Below are positions 1-11,200 of a DNA stretch of 36,658 nucleotides, one piece after another. This DNA comes from Candidatus Zixiibacteriota bacterium (GTDB lineage: Bacteria > Zixibacteria > MSB-5A5 > GN15 > PGXB01): assembly GCA_030591405.1 (NCBI GenBank), contig JAUVBC010000001.1, forward strand, positions 1 to 36,658, given 5' to 3'. The position numbers and the translations under genes were made by a program. Positions within the stretch are counted from its first letter, which is position 1. Every line of letters starts with the position of its first letter. A model generated the notes under the pieces. That model saw only the letters and a program-made list of their open reading frames with translations. It did no database searches and was not told where the DNA came from.

Positions 1-560
1 ATCGTATTCGTGATAATGATACGACTTTAGCCTATAAATTTGAGAATAGCTTACAGCGTTTTGCATATTTTATAAAGATATATGGAGACACCTATCAATA
101 TCATGGGTGGCGATTCTGGGCATATTCCGGTTTGAATTATAGTATTGACGGCGCTTTTGCCAATGATACCGGTTTGACCTTTTATGCTACTCCCGTTAAC
201 AGTTCAAGTTTACCTAACTATCGACTGGGAAGATATTACATATTGGAAGACAACATGGCAAAACTTCCGCTTGGTGATTCAATTACTTTTACAAGTATTT
301 ATAAGGAACGATTGTTCTCCAGAGACAGGAGTGACAGTATAAAGGCCTTTAACACGGTTCTGGATGATGGAAAATATAAAACGGGCTGGCAAATTCCTCT
401 GGCGACGGATGTCTTTTATCAATTAATTACATTTGATAGCGATGAATCTGGGTATTATTTCAAGGTAGATACGGTGTCGGCCGCGGGGGAGACGCTGGTT
501 GTTGAATCGACACTGGTGAAGCGCGGCGATTATGTGATTCCTTTCAAAGTAGATATTTGA
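1..560 (+). CDS. hypothetical protein, C-terminal part (5' end lies upstream of the window)
   Basis: Reading frame 3 is open from nt 3 to the TGA at 558..560. The TTG at 132 in the ORF track is only the first start-like codon, not necessarily the start. No recognisable motifs. Confidence 0.5.
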   Translation, partial: RIRDNDTTLAYKFENSLQRFAYFIKIYGDTYQYHGWRFWAYSGLNYSIDGAFANDTGLTFYATPVNSSSLPNYRLGRYYILEDNMAKLPLGDSITFTSIYKERLFSRDRSDSIKAFNTVLDDGKYKTGWQIPLATDVFYQLITFDSDESGYYFKVDTVSAAGETLVVESTLVKRGDYVIPFKVDI

Positions 561-579
561 TATTTTAATAATATTTTTA

Positions 580-608
580 TTGATATATAGTTGTTTTTCA
601 TTTACAAT
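580..608 (+). promoter_or_regulatory. putative sigma70-type promoter for the SPFH gene
   Basis: TTGATA (580..585), a 17-nt spacer, then TACAAT (603..608), about 50 nt upstream of ATG 659. Confidence 0.4.
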
Positions 609-658
609 CTCCTTTAGAATATTAGATACTTAAGTGTTATATAATTAAAGGAGGTCGT

Positions 659-1468
659 ATGACTCGAAATCAATTAATGTTACTGCCGTTTTTGCTTATC
701 CTGATATTTGTTTCAGGAATGGCAGGATGCGGAACCCAGGTACCATCGGGCCATCGGGGAGTATTTTATTATAAGTTTGGCGATGGTACCGAAATGGGTA
801 AAATTTATGACGAAGGTTTCAATTGGCATATCCCGTGGAACAATATTTTTGTCTACAAAATTCAGCTTGATGAGCGCAGGGAAGATCTACATGTTCTTTC
901 TTCTGATGGCGCCTCAATTGGATTGGAGATGACCGTCTGGTTCCGGCCGATTTTTAACAAGCTTGATTCTTTGCAAATTACAGTGGGGCCCAACTATTAT
1001 AATGTTGCTGTGGCTCCGGCTCTTCGTGGCGTTTCCAGACAGGTGGTTGGCAAATTTAAACCGGAAGAGATTTATTCAACCAAAAGGGAAGAGATTGCCA
1101 ATGAAATTGTGCTGGAAATGCAAAATTTAATGAAGGATAAATTTATTTCGATCGAGAATATTATTATCCGCAATGTTGGCCTACCGCTAAAAATAACAGA
1201 GGCTATCAATGCCAAATTAGAAGCATCTCAAGATGCCGAAAAAATGGAATTTGTTCTTCTGAAAGAAACCCAGGAAGCTGAAAGAAAAAGGATTGAAGCC
1301 AGGGGTATTGCCGATTTTCAAAAGATCGTTTCATCCGGCTTGACTCCCTCCTTACTCACCTGGAAAGGTATTGAGGCAACGCAAAAACTGGCCGAATCCC
1401 CCAACACTAAAATAGTCGTAATCGGCAACAGCAAGGATGGCTTGCCGATTATTCTCGACTCAAAATAG
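659..1468 (+). CDS. SPFH/band-7 (prohibitin/HflC-like) domain lipoprotein
   Basis: GGAGG at 650..654, 4 nt before the ATG. N-terminal signal with a lipobox-like GMAGC. Body shows SPFH hallmarks (HVLSSDGASIGLEMTVWFRP, VAPALRGVSRQVVGKF) and an A/E/K-rich coiled tail (EAERKRIEARGIADFQK). Confidence 0.85.
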   Translation: MTRNQLMLLPFLLILIFVSGMAGCGTQVPSGHRGVFYYKFGDGTEMGKIYDEGFNWHIPWNNIFVYKIQLDERREDLHVLSSDGASIGLEMTVWFRPIFNKLDSLQITVGPNYYNVAVAPALRGVSRQVVGKFKPEEIYSTKREEIANEIVLEMQNLMKDKFISIENIIIRNVGLPLKITEAINAKLEASQDAEKMEFVLLKETQEAERKRIEARGIADFQKIVSSGLTPSLLTWKGIEATQKLAESPNTKIVVIGNSKDGLPIILDSK

Positions 1469-1489
1469 CTTACCGTATACTTTATAAAA

Positions 1490-1519
1490 GGACCGCCTGA
1501 ATAGGGCGGTCCTTTTTTT
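1490..1519 (+). terminator. rho-independent terminator
   Basis: GGACCGCC (1490..1497) pairs with GGCGGTCC (1505..1512), followed by a 7-T run (1513..1519). Confidence 0.8.
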
Positions 1520-1950
1520 CAATAATTATGTAACCTCTTGCATATTTGGCTGATAAACATGCAACTTCAGATGAGTAATTTTGAGATATTTTGGTAAAAA
1601 TGAATATGTGATTTCGATTCAATAGAAGAAGTATTATCTTTCCATAATCACGTAACGCTATGTATAATATAACGATATGTCATAAGGCATATATGCAAAT
1701 AAGGATATATTATCCTGGAAAATACTCATTTATTCTAATCTTATTTCTGTTTGCTTCATTTTGATAATAAGGCAGGGAAATTGCAGTAACTTTCTCCGAC
1801 AAACTATATTTTAGATTTGTGGGTGTTGAAATATATATGATTTTTAGAGAAAATATAGACATTAAAGGCAAGCAAAATAATTTTACCGGAGAAATCTCTA
1901 AGATAATGGTAATAAAGGGATTTCGGGGAAATTATGGCGCCAGAAATATC

Positions 1951-1980
1951 TTGACATATTCAGGTTTAAGGATATATTAT
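1951..1980 (+). promoter_or_regulatory. putative sigma70-type promoter for the giant gene
   Basis: TTGACA (1951..1956), an 18-nt spacer, then TATTAT (1975..1980). This would give a leader of about 185 nt. Weak because the region is AT-rich. Confidence 0.3.
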
Positions 1981-2167
1981 TGGTGGTTTTGTTATACTGC
2001 ATTAGTACTTACTAATTTGTTTTATGTCTCGGTTTATTCCGAGACGATTGCTTTAAAGGATGCACAGAAGATATTGGGCAGCTATAACTTGTTAGTTGGT
2101 TATGCTCTTCTCAGTACCGTACCGCCAGTACGTGAGCATCACGGTTTATTGACATACTTTTGGAGGA

Positions 2168-2245
2168 ATGATGTATAGATATAAGATCACGGTTACGGCA
2201 CTTGCCCTAACCTTTTTTCTATTGTTTTCATTAAACGTTTTTGGT
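2168..2245 (+). other. signal peptide of the giant protein (approximate)
   Basis: MMYRYKITVTALALTFFLLFSLNVFG: a basic N-region followed by a hydrophobic core. The cleavage position is a guess. Confidence 0.6.
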
Positions 2246-5200
2246 GATGTAACAAAAGATGGCGGGATATCGGTTCTGGCCGATATTACTTCCGGCCCCT
2301 TAAGGAGTTTATGCGAAGGTTGCCCAAACTATCCGCCGGAATTTGAACCGCCGACTCAGGAAAGCTTTTCAATATGCCAGGGATCAACGATTTATGATAC
2401 AATTGTTGTCACTGATATTGATGACTGGCAGACACTAAGTCTGTCTCTTTATTCTGGTCCCGGGACATTGACTTATACTCCTTCTGTTTCCCCTGCCAAT
2501 GGATATTATGAATACATGCCTGCCGAAGAAGGAACTTTTGACGTAGTTTTTGTCGCTACCGATAATGAGAGTGAGCCGGTTTATTTTACCAAAACATATG
2601 TTATCTATTTTAATCGTTCTCCAATTATTACCAATGGTGGAATGATTGAAAAAGTGGCTATAATTGGCGAAGAACTAAACTATGATGTTGATGCCACCGA
2701 TGCTGAGGATGATCCGATTGCTTTCTCCTTAATATCAGGAGATGGTTCTATTGATGCCAATACCGGAATGCTCACGTTTACTCCTGCCGATTACGGTATT
2801 TATGAATTTGAAGTGGAAGTTTCTGACTCCTGCGGGGCAGATACTTCACTGGTTACTTTTGATGTTATTCTTGGTTTTGTACTTGATTGTCCTCCATCAA
2901 GTGCGACGGAATTTATATGTCAGCCCGATACCTTATGTTATCCGATCGGTGGTATCCCTGAAGCGGCAGATGTGACCGTTGAGCCATCATCGGCGTGGTT
3001 TGATCGCGATATAAACTCAATCTGTTTTTATACTAACTGCTCGGTAATTAAAGATATAAAAGTTATTGTCAGCACGGAAAATTCAAAATGTGATGATTGT
3101 CCGCCGGTTGATCTTGACAGTTGTATGTTTACTGTTGACGTTACTTTAAATTCCATCCCGATTGTAATACTTCCGGAAGATCAGTCATTCTGGCTCTGTG
3201 ATCCGGCTGAAGTCTGCGTTCCGGTCGGTATTGATGATAATGATGATAATTTAACTGATATTACTGTCGAAGTTTCTCCCGGGGGCTATTTCGGAAATTA
3301 TAGCGATATAACCGGGATGGCTTGTTTTACGCCACCTGCTACTGGCGTTTATGAAATGATCGTTACTGCGTGGGATGAATGTGAAGCATACGATGTTGAT
3401 ACTATCAATCTCGATGTAACTATCAATACTGCGCCGACAGCCACTTGCTCATCGGTTCAGGAACTTTTAGTTTGTGATTTATCTCTGGTAACACTGAGCG
3501 GATTTGTTTGCGATGATATCGATGGCAATCTGGTTTCTTGTATGGTTGACAATGGTACCTTAAGCGGAAATGATGTTACCTTTACTCCGGTCGAAGGTGA
3601 AAATATAATAACTCTGACCGCTACTGATGAATGCGGTGAAGTTACAACTTGCCAAACAACTGTTATGGTTACTCTGAATAGTCCGCCAACCGCGGTTTGT
3701 TCGGATATTCAAGACCTTTTAGTTTGTGATTTATCACCGGTAACACTGAGTGGATTTGTTTGTGATGATATCGATGGAAATCTGGTCAACTGCGAGATCG
3801 ACAACGGAACATTAACAGATAATGATGTTACTTTCACGCCGGTAGAGGGCGAAAATGTTATTACATTAACTGCTACTGACGAATGCGGAGTTTCAACCAT
3901 TTGTCAGACAATAATAAATGTTGCTCTTAATAGAGCGCCATATGTAGCCTGCCCGCCATCCGAAGATCTGTTTGTTTGCGATCTATCTCCGATAACGATT
4001 TCCGGATTTAGTTATATTGATCCTGACGGTAATATGGTGAGTGCCGAGGTCAACAATGGCGAATTGGTTGGCGGCGATGTTACTTTTACGCCAGTTGAGG
4101 GTAGCAACAATATTACGATAACAATTACTGACGAATGCGGCGAGACTGCCAAATGTTATACAAACATTATGGTAACACTAAACAGTGCACCGACGGCGAG
4201 CTGTCCGCCTCATCAGGAGCTGTTTGTTTGCGATTTGTCTGATATTACGATAGGCGGTTTTCAGTATGAAGATATTGACGGCAATATATTTATTGCCGAA
4301 GTTGATAATGGCACTTTGAACGGAAGCGAAGTTACTTTCACCCCGGTAAACGGCGAGAATTTAATTACACTGACCGTTACCGATGAGTGCGGAGAGACTT
4401 CCACCTGTCAGGCTTCTGTAATAGTAACGCTGAACAGCCCGCCAACAGCCACTTGTCCCCAGGTCAATATTCGCGCCCTTTGTGATTTGTCACCTCATAC
4501 AATAAGTGGCTTTATATGCGATGATATTGATGATAATTTAGTTTCATGTGAAGTTGACAATGGAGCCTTAATTGGTGATGAGGTCACTTTTACACCTATC
4601 GAGGGCGAAAATATTATCACACTTACCGCTACCGATGAGTGCGGCGAAGTAACCACATGTCAAACGATATTTAATATTGTTTTAGATGTGGCGCCAACGG
4701 CGACAGTACCTGATGATCAAGAAATATTTGTTTGTGATTTATCACCAATTACTTTAGATGGATTTATATGCGAAGATCGTTATGCCAACCTTGTTTCATG
4801 CGAAGTTGACAATGGAACTCTTGAAGGCACCGAAGTTACCTTTACTCCTGTTGTTGGCGACAATACAATTACATTGACCGCCACTGATGAATGTGGTAAT
4901 ACTGCTTCCAATTCTGTTGTAATTACAGTTACTCTCAACAACGCGCCGACCGCAACCTGCCCAGGTGATCAGGAAATGTTCCTTTGTGATCTGTCAGAGA
5001 TTACGATTCCGGGATTTGTTTGCGATGATATAGATGGCAATTTAGTCTCCTGCGAAGTTAATAATGGTTCGCTGGTCGAAGATGCTGTTACCTTTATACC
5101 GGTAGCAGGTGAAAATATAATTACTCTAACCGCCACCGATGAATGCGGAGCGGTTGTTACCTGTCAAACAATAATTACAGTTATCCTGAATAGTGCGCCG

Positions 5201-8200
5201 ACGGCGACATGCCCGGGTGATTTGGAACTGTTTGTTTGCGACTTGAGCGAAATTTGTATTGACGGATTTATCTGCGATGATATTGATGCTAATTTAATAA
5301 ACTGTGACGTAACCGGTGGCTATTTTGTTGGCCAGCCGGGTCGCACAACAATATCAAAAGATGGAAGTGCCGTTTCAATTGAATCTATTTTGAATGTCAC
5401 CGAAACCAATACCGGTGATGCTACGACTCCTGTCGGTGAAACCGTTTGTTTCATTCCGGTTGAAGGCACCAATGTTATTACTTTGACCGCTACCGATGAT
5501 TGCGGATTAGAAACGACCTGTCAAACGACCGTAACAGTAACTCTTAATAATGCGCCGACTGCCTCGGTTCCGGAGCCGGATGAACTATTTGTTTGCGATT
5601 TATCCGAAATAACGATTCCGGGATTTATCTGCGATGATATCGATGGCAATCTGATCTCCTGCGAAGTTGATAACGGCAGCTTATCTGGCGATATGGTTTC
5701 ATTCATTCCAGTCCTTGGACAAAACACAATAACTTTAACCGCGACTGATGAGTGCGGCATAGTAACGACAAATCAAACAACTATTAACATAACTATGAAT
5801 GGAGCCCCAACTGTAACCTGCCCGGAAGATCTGCAGTTGCAGGTTTGCGATTTATCGCCAATAACAATCTCCGGATTCTATGTTGACGATACTAATGGCA
5901 ATCTTACGTTTGTTGGTGTGAATACCGGTGATCTGGTTGAGGATATGGTAACATTTACGCCGGTCGAAGGCGAAAATATAATCATCCTTACCGCCAGAGA
6001 TGAGTGCGGGGAAGAAGTGACTTGCCAGACAATAGTTAACGTTACCCTTAACAGCGCTCCTGTTGTTACCTGTCCGCCAACTCAGAATTTACTCGTTTGT
6101 GATCTGTCTTCAGTAACCCTTTCAGGATTTTTGTATGAAGATGTTGATGGAAACATAATTACGGCTGATGTTGATAATGGAATTCTGAGCGGCAACGATG
6201 TTACTTTTATTCCCGTTGAGGGAGAAAATATTATTACTTTGACCGTGACCGATGAATGCGGCGAAATTGTCACTTGTCAAACAACAGTTAATATAATACT
6301 AAATAATGCACCAACCGCTACAACACCTGCTAATCAAGAACTGTATCTATGTGATCTGTCACCAATAACATTAGATGGCTTTATCTGTAATGATATTGAT
6401 GGCAACCTTGCCAGTTGTGAAGTAAATAATGGAACTATTAACGGAACCGAAGTGATTTTCACTCCGGTAGTTGGAAACAATGTCATAATCCTGACCGCAA
6501 CTGATGAGTGCGGAGAAACGGCCACAAGTGAATTTTCTGTCGAGGTCGAAGTTGCTCCCACCTTTGAATTGGTTTGTCCCGGCGATGTAACCAAGTTTAT
6601 CTGCGGACCCGAAACCCTTTCATATCCGATTGGCGGAATTCCATTTGGTGCTACTGTAACAGTAACTCCTTCATCGGCATGGTTTGACGCTGAGACCAAT
6701 GAAGTAGGCTTCTATACCAACTGTTCGGTTGAAAAAGAAATTGTTGTTACGGTTGAAACCGATTGTTTTACCGAGGTGTGTCAGTTTACGTCATCGGTCA
6801 CAATGAATTCAAACCCATTAGTAGTATTATCTCCGGATGAATCTCACTTCTTATGTGAGCCGGCTGAAATATGTTTCCCGGTCGGAATAAATGATATCGA
6901 TTATAATCTGGCTGAAGTAACAATTGATGTTCAGCCATTCGATCCAAATGCTCCGGCGGCGTCATATAATGAAATCTCTGGAAAAATCTGTTTTACCCCG
7001 ACAACAACAGATAAGTATGTTGTGTATGTCACCGCAACTGATGAATGCGATTCGAGTGCGACCGATTCGATTGTTATTGATGTTGTTATCGATTCGGCTC
7101 CGACCGTTTCCTGTCCTCAGGATCAGCAATTAATGGTTTGTGATCTGTCTGATATTACAATTAGCGGATTTGTCTGCGATGATATCGATGGTAATCTGAT
7201 CTCATGCGAAGTCGACAATGGGACTCTGATCGATGGTAGTGTGATCTTTACTCCGGTTGAAGGAGAAAATCTGATCACTTTGACGGCGACCAATGAATGC
7301 GGCAAAGTCACCTCATGTCAGACAACTATTATGGTTACACTAAATAGTGCACCTGTTGTTGAATGTCCGGTCGCACAAGACTTATTTGTTTGCGATCTTT
7401 CTCCAATTACTTTGAGCGGATTCATTTATAATGATGTCGATGGCAACTTAGCATCTTATGAAGTTGATAATGGAACTCTGACCGGCAATGATGTTACATT
7501 CACGCCGGTTGTTGGTGAAAATGTTATTACAATGACGGTAACCGATGAATGCGGTGCGGTTACAGCCTGTCAGACAATTATAAATGTAACTCTTAACACG
7601 GCCCCAACCGCTACCTGTCCGACAGTTGCCGAACAGTTTGTTTGTGATCTTTCACCAATCAATGTTGCCGGATTCGTATTCGACGATATTGATGGTAATA
7701 TAGTTACCGCTGGAGTGGATAATGGAGATTTGGTTGAAGGCAGTGTGATCTTCAATCCGATTGAAGGCGAAAATACAATTACTCTTACGGTCACTGATGA
7801 GTGCGGAGAAATCGCCACCTGTCAAACCACCATTATGGTGACACTTAATACTGCACCGGCAGTTATCTGTCCTGAGAATAAGACAGTTTTTGCATGCGAT
7901 CTATCAGAATTAACAATACCTGGATTTTTCTGGAATGATAAAGATGCCAATATAGCGTCGGTTGAAGTTGATAATGGTGTCCTTATTGGAAATAATGTTA
8001 CTTTTACTCCAGTAGTTGGAGAAAATATAATAACATTTACCGTCACCGATGAATGCGGCGAAATTGCTTCATGTCAGGCAATTGTGATGGTTACATTGAA
8101 CTCGGCGCCGACAGTTATCTGCCCGACCGATGAAAATCTGTTTGTTTGTGATTTATCAGAAATAACTATCCCCGGATTTTCATGGGATGATATTGATGGC

Positions 8201-11200
8201 AATCTGATATATACCGATGTCGACAACGGTTTGCTTGTCGGACATGACGTTATATTTACTCCGGTAGTTGGCAAAAATATTATTACATTTACCGCTACCG
8301 ATGATTGCGGAGTAGCTACAAACTGTCAGACTATTATTACTGTCAATATGAACAATGCGCCAACGGCAACCTGTCCGGAAACACAGGATCTTTTTGTTTG
8401 TGATTTGTCAGATATTACTATCCCCGGATTTTCCTGGGATGATGTTGATGGCAATCTGATATATACTGAAGTGGATAATGGCAGTCTTATTGGACATGAA
8501 GTTGTCTTTACTCCGGTAATCGGTGAAAATACAATTACACTTACAGTTACTGACGAATGCGGTGAAACTGCCACCTGTCAAACAATAATCAATGTCAGCC
8601 TGAATAATCCTCCGACAGCAACTTGTGTTGCTGACCAGCAATTAGAAGTTTGCGATTTATCTCCGATTACTTTAAGAGGATTTATCTGCGATGATATCGA
8701 CGGCAATTTAATTAATTGCGAAGTTGATAACGGCGAACTGATCGAAGATGCGGTGACTTTCACTCCGGTTGAAGGTGATAACTTTATTACACTCACCGCT
8801 ACCGACGAGTGCGGCGAAAGAGTTACCTGTCAGACTTTGATTACGGTCACTCTCAACAGTGCCCCGACAGTAACCTGCCCGGGCGATCAGACATTATTTG
8901 TTTGCGATTTATCACCAATATCAATTCCGGGATTTAATTGCGATGATATTGATGGCAATCTGGTGAGTTGTGAGGTAAACAACGGAAATAAAGAGGAAGA
9001 TGTTGTTACTTTCACTCCGGTAGTTGGCGAAAATATTATTACTTTGACTGCCACCGATGAATGCGGTGAAATAACTACTTGCCAAACTATTATCATCGTT
9101 AATCTCAACAGCGCTCCTACGGCGACTTGCCCGGGAGATCAGGAACTGTTTGTTTGTGATCTTTCCGCGATTACATTAGGTGCTTTCTTCTATGATGATA
9201 TCGATGGCAATCTTGTATCGTATGATGTTGACAATGGTTTATTAAGCGGCAATGAAGTTACCTTCACACCGGTTGCAGGTGTCAACACCATTACCCTGAC
9301 CGCCACCGATGAATGCGGTGAAGTTACTACCTGTCAGACAACAATAACAGTAACCCTCAACAGTGCCCCGACAGCAACTTGTCCCGGCGATATGGAAAAA
9401 TTTGTTTGTGATTTGTCACCGATTACTTTGAGTGGTTTCTATTATGATGATATTGACGGCAATCTGGCGACTTATGAAGTTGATAATGGAATTTTAAATG
9501 GTAACGAAGTTACTTTTACGCCAATTGTCGGTGAAAATGTTATTACTTTAACAACTATTGATGAGTGCGGGGAAGAGGCTAATTGTCATGTGACGATAAC
9601 GGTTGCACTTAACAGTGTCCCGACAGCAACCTGCCCCGGCGATCAGGCACTGTTTGTATGCGACCTGTCCCCAATCACTCTTTCAGGATTTATTTGTGAT
9701 GATGTTGACGGAAATTTAGTGACCTGTGAAATTGACAACGGCACGATTGTTGATGGGACGGTAACCTTTACGCCGGTTGTTGGCGAAAATATTATTACAC
9801 TGATCGCTACTGACGAATGCGGATTGATTAATTCGTGCCAGACAATTATTTCGGTTGGCCTTAATAGTCCTCCGACCGCTTCAACTCCGGAAGATATACA
9901 GACAGTAGCCTGCGATCTGTCACCGATAACGATTGATGGATTTGTCTGTGATGATATCGATGGAAATCTTGTTTCTTGTGAAACTAATTTCGGCACTTTG
10001 AATGGAACCGAATTAACCTTTACTCCGGTTGAGGGTCTTAATACTATAATTCTTACCGCGACCGATGAGTGCGGTTTGATTGCAACATCCGAGTTTAATA
10101 TCACCGTTGAGGTCACACCCGGATTTGAGCTGACCTGCCCGCAGAGTAGCACTATCTTTATCTGCGAACCGGCTACGCTTCGTTATCCGATTGGTGGTAT
10201 CCCTGAAGGTGCAACAGTGACCGTCGTTCCGTCGTCGGCCTGGTTTGATGCCGCAACCGGTAAGGTCGGTTTCTATACCAACTGCTCGGTTGTCAGAGAT
10301 ATTGAAGTTTATGTCGAAACTGAATGTCATACTGAAGTTTGTCAGTTTACTGTTACCGCTATTATGAATTCAAGTCCGCTGGTTATATCAGTACCTGATA
10401 CGACAATGACGGTTTGTGAAAACGAATCGGCCTGTATCCCGGCTGGAATCACCGATATTGATGATAATATAATTAGTATTACTGTTACCGATAAAGCTAC
10501 CGGTGACCCGATCGGCAGCTATGATCCTATTTCCGGTGGTATCTGTTTTACACCTGAAGTTTCAGGCGAATACGAATTGATACTGGAAGCTATTGACGAG
10601 TGCGGCGCCAAAGATGCCGATACCAGCAGAATTAATGTTACCATTAACAGTGCGCCGACAGCTACCTGTCCCGGTGATATGGAACTGTTTGTTTGTGACT
10701 TATCCGCAATTACTCTTTCCGGATTTATCTGTGACGATATTGATGGTAACTTGGTGATATGCGAAGTTGATAATGGAACTTTGACTGATAACGCAGTTAC
10801 TTTTACTCCAGTCGTTGGACTTAATACAATAAAACTCACAGCAATAGATGCCTGCGATGACACAGTAACTTGTGTCAGCAATATTACTATTACTCTTAAC
10901 AGCGCGCCGACAACATCGACTCCGGATGATAAAGAGATGTTTGTTTGCGATCTGTCCGATATTACTCTTACCGGATTTATCTGCGATGATGTTGATGGCA
11001 ATTTGGTATCTTGCGAAGTCGATAATGGAACACTAAACGGCAACGATGTTACCTTTACTCCAGTTGCCGGAACCAATACAATTACTTTAACGGCGACCGA
11101 TGAGTGCGGTGAAACATCAATCAGCGAAACTATAATTACAATAACTCTTAACTCTGCGCCGACTGTTACCTGCGCAGAAAGTTATGAAATCTTTGTTTGT

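Noticed and set aside
1819-2178. 119-aa plus-strand ORF in the leader, overlapping the start of the giant gene.
   Set aside because: It has a GTG start without an RBS, AT-rich low-complexity composition (I/Y/F/N/K-rich), and overlaps the better-supported start of the giant gene. It is most likely a chance ORF in AT-rich DNA.
3709-11076. More than a dozen minus-strand ORFs of 62-185 aa inside the giant gene (e.g. 3709..3900, 6334..6699, 9643..10152, 10519..11076), many sharing ..SPHSSVAVKVIIFSPSTGVKVTS.. sequences.
   Set aside because: They are antisense shadows of the 252-nt repeat (the reverse complement of ..GENIITLTATDECG..). They recur only because the sense repeat recurs, have no starts with an RBS, and are fully contained in a much longer, coherent sense ORF.
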